Assembly: GCA_043228905.1 (NCBI GenBank) | Contig: JBHGNT010000004.1 | Coordinates: forward strand, 8,928,001 to 8,992,000 | From: Azolla caroliniana | Taxonomy: Eukaryota > Plantae > Polypodiophyta | Length of the DNA: 64,000 bases | Direction of reading: 5' to 3' | Part shown: one piece after another, positions 35,475 through 46,826 of the stretch | Numbering within the stretch: the first letter of the stretch is position 1 | How the letters are laid out: every line of letters starts with the position of its first letter | The notes under the pieces: model-generated | What the model was told of the DNA's origin: nothing | Seen by the model: the letters and a program-made list of their open reading frames with translations, nothing else | Database searches by the model: none | Program-made: the position numbers and the translations under genes

Positions 35475-38400
35475 TGTTAGGAAACAGGTCCCTCCGGATG
35501 GGAAGTGAGAAGAACAGTGTTGCCTCGGCCAAATCCGGATGTGAAGTACCCGACAACGGAAGACCTGGTGAGAACCGGATGTGGAGTACCCGGCAACGGA
35601 AGACCCGGTGAGAACCGGATGACGAATACCCGACAAGGAAGACCCGGTGAGAACCGGATGTTGCAGGCCCGGTGAGAACCTCTCACCGGATGAAGGGACA
35701 TATATGTAGATATGTTCCAGAGAGCCCACTGGGGCTATGTTTTGTAAATAGTCGAAAGTCATATTAGTATAAATATGACCTAGGGCAAACTCTCTGTGTG
35801 TGTGTGTAATTTTTTGTGTAACGACTGTACAGAGAGAGAGAGACAGAGAGAGCGATACAGAGCATTTCTTTGTTGTAACCGCCGCCAGGCGAAGATCGTG
35901 AGCAAGAGGTCGTTGCCTCTATGCTCCATGTTGTAATTGTTGGCATAGTGATAGTTTGGAGTCTATGGACTCCCGTGGTTTTTCCCTCTCAAGGTTTTCC
36001 ACGTTAACATCTTGTGTATTTTCTTTTCTGTTCGAGTACTTACCTCTATTCCCATTTCTTCTGTGTTTGATTGTTATCAAGTGATCTACGCTTCGGTTGG
36101 ACCGGAGATTATTCCGCGTATTTCCCTGTCAAATTGGTATCAGAGCGAAACGACACAAAGAAAATGGACGACTCGTTGGGAGGCTTGTTCAAGCTCACCG
36201 GCTCCAACTACTCAGTGTGGAAGTCGAAGATGAGGGACATGCTCGTGGTCAAAGATCTTTGGTTGCCGGTTTAGTTCGGGGACAAAAGACCAGACAAAAT
36301 CGACGCCACTATATGGGAGGTGATGCACATGAAGACAACTGCGTACATACGGTGCTTCATTGACATGAGTCTATACAACAACTTCAATGAAGAGAGCAAG
36401 GCTCATGAGGTTTGGGAGAAGATCGGCATTATGTTTCAAAACAAAAATGTTGTTAATCAGTTGTCGATATTTCGGAAGCTAGTAAGATTCCTGTACCAAG
36501 ATGGCTCCAGCATGGCGGAGCACCTGAATGCCTTCCAGGGGCTGATCCACTAGGAAACATCATTGGAAGTACCTCTCGCCGATGAGGTACTAGCACTACT
36601 CCTGCTCGGTTCCCTCCCAGATAGCTGGGAGACGTTAGTTGTCACTTTGGGCAACGCCGGGCCGGAAGGGAAACAGTTATCCCTAGCAAGAGTGAAGTCG
36701 AGCTTGCTAGATGAGGAGGCGCGTCGGAAAGACAAGGATACGAGCTCCGACTCCAAAGCGCTCCTTACCAAATCGGAACGCAAAAGACAAAGGAACCGTA
36801 GTCCCCAAAACCGGGAAAAGTTGGGGACACGGTCAAAGTCAAGCGGGAGGCCTACCTGCTTCTATTGCGGGAAGCCCGGACACTTCCAGAAGAACTGTCG
36901 GCACTTCCAAAAAGACAAGGAAACCGACGGACCGGAACGGTAAAGACCGGAGGGGGCCGGACCGGAAGGGAACGACGGCAATTGCGGCAAGTGAAGAAGA
37001 GTTGATGCTCATCACCGAGGAGAGTGAGTTGAACCTTGCCGGCGACGAGACAACGTGGGTTGTTGATTCCGAAGCGTCGTTCCACCTTACCTCGGACCAT
37101 AAATACTTCTCATCCTACATAGCCGGTGATCACGGTTGCGTCCGGATGGGGAATGAAGGTACATGCTAAATTGTCGACATAGGAAGCGTGTGGTTGACAA
37201 CACCAACCGGATTCAAGCTGCTGCTGAAGGATGTCCGACACGTTCCGGAGGTTTGACTAAACCTGATATCAGTTGGTCGGCTAGATGATGAAGGCTACAC
37301 GGGTAGCATCCGGAATGGAGTCATGAAATTCAGCAAAGGGAGCCTCATAGTGGCTCGGGCCCGGAAGGTCAAGACGCTATACCTGATGAATGCCCAGTTA
37401 TGCCCAAAAGAAGTGAATGTGGCTTCCGACACTGCCGGTGAGCTGTGGCATAGGAGATTGTGTCACATGAGCGTGAAGGGGATGAAGAGTCTTGCCGATG
37501 ACAACCTCATTCCGGTGAGAACGTGCATCTTGAGAGGTGCACTGACTGCTTGGCCGGTAAGCAAAACCGGACCTCCTTCCGATCAAGGCCACCGATCAGA
37601 CGTAATGCACCACTGGAGTTGGTGCATACTGATGTGTGTCAAGTGGACACAAAGTCACATGCCGGATCGCAGTACTTCGTGGCATTCATAGATGACCACA
37701 GCCGGAAGCTGTGGGCCACACCGTTGAAGACGAAGGATCAGGTGCTATCCGTCTTCAAAGAGCTCCACGCGAAAGTGGAAAGAGAAATCGGGCGGAAGCT
37801 GAAGGCAGTTCGAGCAGATAACGGAGGAGAATACCGGGGGCAATTCGAGGAGTACTGCCGCTCGAAGGGAATCCGGCTCGAAGAGAAGCCAAAGACGGAG
37901 ATATCCTCTCAGAGAGAGAAGGGCCCCCCCAGAGATTTCCAAATGCAGAGCATGTGCTGCTGACCGATGAGGGGGAGCCGGAAAGCTTCGAAGAAGCGAA
38001 GGATGACACCAATAGCCGCAAGTGGTTGAGTGCCATGCAGGACGAGATGGATTCCTTGCATGAGAACCACACGTATGAATTGGTGGAGTTGCCGAAAGGA
38101 AAGAGGGCACTCCGAAAGAAGTGGGTGTACAAGTTGAAACCGGGAGATGCCGGCAACCCTCCAAGGTACAAAGCCAGGATCGTGGTGAAGGGGTTCCAGC
38201 AGAAGAAGGGCGTGAACTTCAATGAGATATTTACCCCAGTAGTAAAGTCTGGACGGTTCTGAGCATAGCGGCAAGCATGGACCTCGAGGTAGAGCAGCTG
38301 GACGTGAAGAAGACATTTCTTCACGGTGACCTCGAAGAGGAGATCTACATGCAGCAACCGGAAGGATTCGTGGAGAAAGGGAAGGAGCACCTGGTTTGCC

Positions 38401-40153
38401 GGTTGAAGAAGAGCCTGTACGGACTAAAGCAGGCTCCCCGACAATGGTACCGGAAATTCGACTCCTTCATGACCAACCAAGGGTATCACAAAATGCAAAC
38501 CGATCACTGCGTGTTTGTGAAGGAGTTCGAAGGAGGCGACTTCCTGATACTCCTTCTGTACGTGGACAACATGTTGATCGTTGGACGGGACCAAGCCAAA
38601 ATACGGATGCTGAAGAAGGCACTCAACCGAACTTTTTCAATGAAAGACTTGGGTCCGGCAAGACAGATACTGGGGATGCACATCATCCGGAACCAGTCAA
38701 AGAAGCAATTGTGGTTGTCACAGGAGAAATATGTGACAAAGGTGCTTTAGCGGTTCAACATGTTAGAAGCAAAACCGATCGGATTGACACTCCCGACAAA
38801 CTGCAGACTATCTGGTAAGCAAAGCCCGAAGACGAAAGCAGAGAAGGCAGATATGGTCAAGGTTCCATATGCCTCTGTCATCGGGAGCTTGATGTACGCA
38901 ATGGTGTGTACTCGGCCGGATATTGGATACGCAGTCAGAGTGGTGAGCCGGTTTATGAGCAATCCCGACAAGGAGCACTGGAACGTGGTCAAATGGATAC
39001 TCTGGTACTTGAAGGGCACTTCGAATATGTGTCTCCGATTCGGCTCCAGTAAACCTCAACTTGATGGTTTTACAGATTCGGACATGTCGGTTGATGTGGA
39101 TACCAGCCGGTCTACATCCGGGTATGTAATGACATATGCAGGGGGAGTTGTCTCATGGCAATCGAGGCTACAGAAGATGGTTGCGTTGTCAACCACGGAA
39201 GCGGAGTACATGGCAGCTGTGGACGCCGGCAAGGAAATATTATGGATGAAGGACTTCATCGGTGAGCTCGGTATCCGGCAAGATGAATATCGGCTCTATT
39301 GTGATAGTCAAAGTGCCATCCACCTTGCTAAGAACTCAGCGTACCATTCCAGGACGAAGCACATGCAGCGTAGGTATCATTGGATCCGGGAGCGAGTAGA
39401 AGATCGAGAGTTCGCGTTGACGAAGATCCACACGGCCGAGAACGGGTCAGATATGCTGACCAAAGTACTGATACTCGACAAGTTGGATGCATGTCAGAAG
39501 CGGATTGGACTAGTAAGACATCCCATGCCGGAGTGAAGGGGGAGTTGCTCATCAACACTGTTCTTCTCACTTCCCATCCGGAGGGACCTGCTAAATCCGG
39601 ATGTGGAGTACCCGGCAAACGAAGACCTGGTGAGAACCGGATTACGAGTACCAGGCAAGGAAGACCCGGTGAGAACCGGATGTTGCAGGCCCAGTGAGAA
39701 CCTCTCACCGGATGAAGGGACATATATGTAAATATGTTCTAGAGAGCCCACTAGGGCTATGTTTTGTAAATAGCCAAAAGTCATATTAGTATAAATATGA
39801 CCTAGGGCAAACTCTCTGTGTGTGTGTGTAATTTTTTGTGTAACGACTGTACAAAGAGAGAGAGACAGAGAGAGCGATACAGAGCATGTCTCTGTTGTAA
39901 CCGCCAACAGGCGAAGATCGTGAGCAAGAGGTTGTTGCCTCTATGCTCCATGTTGTAATTGTTGGCATAGTGATAGTTTGGAGTCTATGGACTCTCGTGG
40001 TTTTTCCCTCTTAGGGTTTTCCACGTTAACATCCTGTGTATTCTCTTTTCTGTTCGGGTAGTTACCTCTATTCCCATTTCTTCTGTGTTCGATTGTTATC
40101 AAGTGATCTACGCTTCAGTTGGACCGGAGATTATTCCGCGTATTTCCATGTCA
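35475..40153 (+). mobile_element. copia-A element with both LTRs (35475-36131 and 39546-40153) and an internal integrase deletion
   Basis: TSD GATTA (35470-35474 and 40154-40158); PBS TGGTATCAGAGC 36135-36146 (iMet); PPT GAAGGGGGAG; gag-PR-INT-RT-RH; about 0.6 kb missing at ~37880 relative to 8047-8650. Confidence 0.96.
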
Positions 40154-41352
40154 GATTACAGTAACTTAGTATCTATTTGCACAACCACAATTCTTTGATA
40201 GAACATTTAGTACGAAACATTCGAACTCCGTTGTGTGTCGGTGACAGAGTCGGTTGTCGGCTGAACAACATAGTGTAATTTTGGGATGCCTGGTTACATC
40301 TGCAATTAGCAAAGAACAAGTCGAATGGATGTCGTCGTCTGAACCAGATACATCAGTTGATCGTAAACGTCCTCGTACACGTTCGGTTACAAAGTGTGTC
40401 AAAGAGGATTTTGTTGCGGTGGTACAACAAGAAACAGGTCGGAGGTGGTCTTAGTTCCTGACTTAACTGACAGTGAGTTAGACAGAGATTAGTCGGAAGA
40501 GGTATCATTTTACGATATCTGGAGTGAAGACAAGATGCCTTACCGTTACTCGAAATTTCGAGAAGGCGCTGATGTAGAAGCGCATATTAGGGATTTCTTA
40601 ACAACATGGGAAATAAACCATGGGGCTCAGCGACTATCAACCGCAGCCGAGGATAAGTGTAAAATAGTTGAGTTTGTTTTATCATTAGATGGCCAGTCGG
40701 CAAATTGGTTGGCTCGAAATGGTTTCCGAGCGTTTGAAACATTCCAACAATTAACCAAAAAATTTCTTCAATTGTTTCATCGACAGATTTCTCAGAAGGA
40801 TCTGATAGTACAATTTTATGCATTGTATCAAGAACCCAATGAAATGTTGTCACAATTTGTCATTCGCTTTCAGAATCTACAGCTACAAATTTTCAAGCCG
40901 ATTCCAGATCACGAACTAAAGGATATCTTTCTAGAGGCAATTCAGGAACCACTACGAACAACACTAGCGGTGTTCGATTTCCGAAATCAGTCAATTGAGC
41001 AAGTGAATGTTGTTGGGTGGGGGGTGAAACCTAGAATGGCTTCACCCCCCTCCCAAGGGGTTAAGTTAGAGAGAGCTAGAAAGAAATGCAAATGGAAAAT
41101 GACACAAAAATGAGAGGGGAAAAATGTATATTTTCATACATACCCCATAGGGGGTTTATATAATGAACCTAATGTAACGGTTACATGACCGTTATAAATA
41201 AGACCATTACACATTCTTGTACACATGCACATAATTGTGCATGTGTCCATACACATACTCATCCTCACACACTCATTTACTTTACACATACATATCAACC
41301 ACATCATTACACATACCCTTATGCCTCCCCTTATATTCTTACGGGTAACACA

Positions 41353-41392
41353 TGGCACGCCTGTGGGACAGTGCATTGCACGGTGAACCCAC
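41353..41392 (-). other. tRNA-3'-end mimic (inverted PBS) at the PPT position
   Basis: GTGGGTTC...GTCCCACAGGCGTGCCA-tg-TGTTACCC; 30/40 gapless identity with 58731-58770. Confidence 0.8.
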
Positions 41393-42446
41393 TCGCCATG
41401 GCAACTCTTCTCGATCGGAACTCCATCGGTCGTCTCAACGGTCGGAAATCCCTCCACCGGATCATTGCTCTACGATCGATAACTTCGATCGGAGCTTTGC
41501 TTGACTCGAACCTTCTCGTTCGGTCAGCACAAGTCGTGATTGGATCATACACCAATCGGCTAGTTCAATGTGGCATGGGTTGTGAAATCGTGTTGTGCAT
41601 TTGTGTATTCTTTCTTTCATCATGTGAAGTGAGTTTTATATTTTTTACCCTTTGGTCTTAAAAAAAATTTACCCTCAAATTTTTTATTTTTTTTGAATTT
41701 GATTTTATGCCCTTGAATTCTCGAAATTTCCTCTTCTACCCTCCAATTTTTGAAATCTCGAGTCATGCCCATGAGCTTTTGAAATTTCATCTCTTCTGCC
41801 CTTATGTTTCTAAAATTTTCCCTTCATACCCCTCTTCTCTTTCTTCGTTTCCTTCTGTCTCCTCTTTTTCTTCTTTCTTTTCTTCTTGTGCATTCTTCTC
41901 TTCTTCCTCTTCTTTGCTTCCTCGTTTTTGTCTCTGTTTCACCTTTCTCCTTCTGTGTGCTTCCTGATTTTGTCTTTGATTCTTCTCAATTGTTTCTATT
42001 TCTTCTTCCTATTCTTTTCTATCTTCGTCTTCTTCTGTATCATTATTGTCATCATCATCATCATCATCTTCTTCTTCTTCCTTCATCTCTTATTCCTTGT
42101 TCTTTCCCTTGTTGGCTTGGATGATCCTGTCGGAGCCATGGCCGAGATCGGTGGAGCTCTCTCTCTACTCTATCTTGGTATAAGTCCATCCTGGTCATTT
42201 CTGTTTTGCCAGCCGCCGGTCGTGCCTGTTCGTCGGCTATCGAGCACCATCAGCTAGTGGTCGTGACCCTGCCAGATGTCGGACATGCTGGCCGGCTCTC
42301 TCAATGGCCGTGGCCGTCTATCCGGCTTTCTTCATCTTGAAATTTCAAGACTACAGGAACTTGAGCAGCGCCATGTACGTCTTCGCATCTTCCTGGTCGT
42401 GTATCAGGATCTCGCCCCATACGTAGAATTTGTCTCCTGACTCCTA

Positions 42447-43302
42447 GTTGCCCGATCTGTCATCAGGATGGTTCATTATGATCACCTGAGATGTGAAGTT
42501 CACAACTTCCCTAGTTGGGTCATTCTCAAACACAATATACCCTCTCTTATGATCCTTGGACAACGACATTCTTCACATTGAAGCTAACATTGTCACTAGA
42601 TAGAGCCTCTAAGACTGCTTCATAATGCATTTCCACACACTTAACTTAGGTAGTCAATCCTATTAGTGCAAAGGTAACCACCATACCAGGTTTGATTCTA
42701 CCAGTCTCAACTAGGCCGACTGGAACAGTTCCAATACCACGGATCTTGTACCCATCTTGAAAGGGTAGGTGCAGAGGCTTATCAGATGACCTCTTTGGCT
42801 CTTGAATCATATCTAGCGCTTCCATTAGTGTAGGACCTTTATACAAATCAAGGTTGCTAGAGCTCTCTATCCTATATTCATCTTCAAAACTAGATATAGG
42901 AAAAAGTGGAATCTTCTCAAGGTTGTATCCAACATGTTTGAGCTAAGTTAATACTTACTTTGTGGTCTCATCATATCTCGCTTCAGAATACTTGGGAGTA
43001 GTGGCATCTATCTTGTTGCAGCACCAATCATTTGCGTCACCCAAGAGTAAATGCAAGCAGAGCATGCTCACATTTCTGTCCATTCTTGGAACTGGCCTCA
43101 AAACAACTGGTAGTTGAATCAATGATCAAAACGCACAATCCGCATGTGAAGTTCAAGTGATCATGTTCTTGATTAAGTCACCCAGTAGCTAGGTGCATCA
43201 ATGACAGCGCAGCAGTACTTAGTGGCATCAAACTTCCAAAAAGTGATATCAATGGTGATGCCATGCTCCTACTCAACCTTGAGCTTGTAGAGTACCCAAG
43301 CA
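42447..43302 (-). pseudogene. EF1A: Processed elongation factor 1-alpha fragment (approximately residues 57-346)
   Basis: AWVL.KLK...[40 protein letters not shown]...[40 protein letters not shown]. Stops and frameshifts present; no intron. Confidence 0.95.
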
Positions 43303-43535
43303 CGTGAGATTTCCATTGGCGGCAGGCTCCCACATAAACAGTACACGCACAAAACCACACTCTTTTAACACAAAGATTGGCAGAGAGGGAGAGAGGGAGA
43401 GAGAGGGAGAGAGATTAGTGATGGAGAGGGAGAGTGAGGGAGTGACTTCTGCTCAAGGGAGGGTCGGCCGTTCGGGTGTGCCAAAAGTGTTGTTGGGTGG
43501 GGGCTGAAACCTAGAATGGCTTCACCCCCCTCCCT

Positions 43536-44281
43536 AGAGAAAGAAATAAAGAAAGAAAGATATACTAAGGCCAAATTTGGCCCATGAGACAATCGGTTTA
43601 CAACAAAAGAGTATTTATCCAGTCATCATAACTAAAATAAAATTAAGTTAAAAATAGAACTTAAACTAAAAGAGTTCTAGTAGTGTACAATACGTAGTAT
43701 ACTCGAAAGTAACTATACACTAAGCCTAATTTTATTTCCACCCAAGCTTCTCGAAAAGAAGTGGGGGGTCAAAGGGTCTTGATGTGGGTGTGACCCGTGG
43801 TTCCAATGTACAGAGTGCCCTAGCCATGGCTTCTAGGCGGTGTAGCTCACGTTCCCTTATTTTGAATATTGCTTCTACATCACGTCGAGTTGCTTTGAAA
43901 CCCGACACCCGAGGACGTCTGGTTCTTCTCTGGTTTTCTGCCTCATCAATGGAAACGCCGAGTGGTGCAAGTTTGTCGGCATTCGTTGTCTCCTCCTGTT
44001 CCTGAAAAACTTCATTTGTTACATGTTCGTGATCATTAGCAACATTATTGTCAACATTTTGTAACTTATTCTCTCTGTGTTGTTTTAGCTCTAGAATGTA
44101 TTTGCCTAATTTCTTTATATCTAGAGTATCTAATAGTTTGGGGAGGGTGGGAGACGAACCAAGTATGTCTTGGTATTTTGCCCTTATTTCAGCATAGGTT
44201 GGACACTTGCATGTAAAGTGGTACTCATCCTCTATCTCTATGTGACATAACCTACATATCCTTTCCTCCCCATAGGGGGTT
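43536..44281 (-). mobile_element. 5'-truncated non-LTR retrotransposon (LINE) 3' end
   Basis: Stop-free 180-codon frame 44271-43732 starting EERICRLCHIEIEDEYHFTCKCPTYAEIR (C-terminal CCHC of LINE ORF2), AT-rich 3' UTR, (TTTC)n tail. Absent from the sister LTR. Confidence 0.75.
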
Positions 44282-46826
44282 TATTTTCTTACATACCCCA
44301 TAGGGGGTTTATATAATACATCTAATGTAACGGTTACATGACCGATATAAATAAGACCGTTACACATTCTTATACATGCAGATAATTGTGCATGTGTCCA
44401 TACACATACTCATCCTCACCCACTCATTTACTTGACACATACATACAACCACATCATTACACATACCCTTATGCCTCCCCGTATATTCTTACGGGTAACA
44501 GTGAACGATAAGACAATTGCTATGGGTCGAAATCCAAAAAATGTAAGAAGTATGGATATGTTGGCATTGCATCATACTTTGCCAACTATGGAAGAGTTAC
44601 AGTTTCACCAAGCAGTACAGTGTACTACTTGTTTGAATACTGGGCATTCAACAATCAAGTGTAGTTTACGTACACATTGCACAATCTGTCACTCTAAGGC
44701 CCATTCAATAGAACAATGTGAATATAATTTTCTAACAAAGCAATAGTGCCGGTACGGCAAATTTTTCCGGAAAATGGTTACCAAGATAACCGTAATAGGT
44801 TCAATAACCGGTATCAGGAGGATGACCGGTATGATAATCAGAATTATTCGGAAAGGCGACCGAATAATGATTGGAATGAATATAGGAGAAATGATAATCA
44901 AGGTCCAACACAAGAGGACGCCCGACAGTATGATTATCGACAGAATCAAGATCAAGATATTTTAGCACCGCAAGATAATAGTCATCAACAACAAAAAGGA
45001 GGTTGTTATCAAAATAAACAGAATCGACCTAACAACAAAAAATTCTATAAGCCAAAAGCGTCACGACAATTTCAACATGATTCTTAGAGAGAACATCCGG
45101 ATAGATGTCCCCAATATGAACAGGGTGAAGGCTGTGGATCATTCACTCCTAAATGTTATATTTGCAAGAAAGATGGACATTATGCAAATCAATGTCTGTC
45201 TAAAACCAAAGGAAAAACACCTATCATTAATATGGTGATACCAGAAATTCAATAGGTCCTTACCAAAAGTAAAGGTAAACAATCAGAATGGGAAATACAG
45301 GAAGCTGTTAGAAAAGCAGCCAAGGAATGGGTGGAAGAAGCAAATAAAAATAATGTGTCAAGGATGTTGCAGGACAATGAGATAAACCAAGTTAACGAAC
45401 TACGCATAGCAATGGCAATGCACAAACATGAGGAATCTTGGAAAATCTTGGCTGATTGCCAAGTGTCATTACCCTTAACAGGATTACTGAAATTGGTTTC
45501 ACGGTTTACGGAGAAAGTGGTAACTTTGATTGCTCAGAAAGGGATAGAACAGGTAGCAATTAATTATAGTCAGCCAAGTAATAGTCCGACAATTATGGAT
45601 GAGCAGAATCCATCAATAAGAGTGATAATCCATGGCCAAAAATTGATGACGCTATTGTAGATGGTGGATTAGGAGTAAATGTAATTAATAAAACTACTTG
45701 TGACAAGCTTGGTATCACTAAATGGGATGCATGTCCATTTTGGTTAAGAATGGCTGATACCAGTACGGTGTGACCAATCGGATTAATTAGGCAATTAGAT
45801 GTCGTTTTAGGTGGTCACACTTTTCAAATATCAGCAATAGTGCTTCATTTGGAGGCCCCTGGAGCATATCCTTTCCTATTAGGGCGGCCATGGTTAAAGA
45901 CTGCCAATATTAAGCAAATTTGGAATCAGAATTTATTAACATTCAGGAAAGGAAAAAATAAAATTCGGGTATCCACCCAAAATAAGATTACTACAAGTAG
46001 GCAATGCCTGCCGGTTCATGTAGAGGCAGTCAATATGATGGAAGGATTGGATGAAGTGGAGGAGAATAATTATTTTAATGATAACCCAAAAATTATCCCT
46101 TGTTCGAGGTGGACATATTACAAGCTCTTACATCATATGTTGATCCACGGGATGACTTACCACTTGATGATCAAACAATGAAAGAAATTCGCCTTCAGCA
46201 GGAGGCTACCGAAAAAGAAATGAAAGTATCTCAACGAGTTCAAGCTTCAGCATTAGAGGATATAAATTTAGATGGGGAAGATAAAACGCTTGAACCAAAA
46301 ACAATATTGATCGCCAAGGACATGTTGTTAGCTAACAAGCAACGATTAATCGGTTTACTCAAACAATATAAGGATGTGTTCGCCTGGTCCTTCGAAGACA
46401 TGAAAGGGTTGGATCCAACTTTCTGTCAACACCAAATTAATATGCATAAAGATGCAAATCCTGTTCAATAACGCAGGTATCGTCTAAATCCTAATTATGC
46501 AATTAAGGTCAAAGAAGAAATAGATAAACTAATTAAGGTAGGGTTTATTCGTCCTATGAAAAAAACTACATGGGTGAGCCTGATTGTAGTCGTACCAAAA
46601 AGGAATGGAAAGATTCGGGTATGTGTCAACTATCGGAAACTTAATGTAGCAACAGTAACGGATGCATTTCCATTACCATTTACGGACGGTGTATTGGATG
46701 TAGTGGCTAGTCACAAAATGTACAGTTTTCTAGATGGCTTTAGCGGGTATAATCAAGTAAGAATGCATCCGGATGATCAAGAAATGATAGCCTTTGTCAC
46801 CGAATGGGGGGTATTTGTGGCGGTCA

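Larger units (their letters stand above)
41008..44500 (-). mobile_element. Non-autonomous gypsy-C-type LTR element carrying an EF-1alpha fragment (3' LTR 41008-41350; 5' LTR 43488-44500 with LINE insert)
   Basis: Perfect TSD GTGAA (41003-41007 and 44501-44505). Minus-strand LTR termini TGTTACCC...AACAACA match gypsy-C. PBS TGGCACACCCG 43473-43483. No gag or pol. Confidence 0.9.

Noticed and set aside
41707-42257. F/S/L-rich ORFs as membrane or env proteins
   Set aside because: They are antisense readings of a GAA/GAT-rich low-complexity tract.
42447-43302. Functional host EF1A gene
   Set aside because: Truncated at both ends, with multiple stops and frameshifts, and embedded between LTRs.
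41008-44500. Plus-strand orientation of the EF1A element, based on the PBS-like site at 41353
   Set aside because: LTR termini polarity, EF1A sense and homology of 41353-41392 to the gypsy-C 3' motif all indicate the minus strand.
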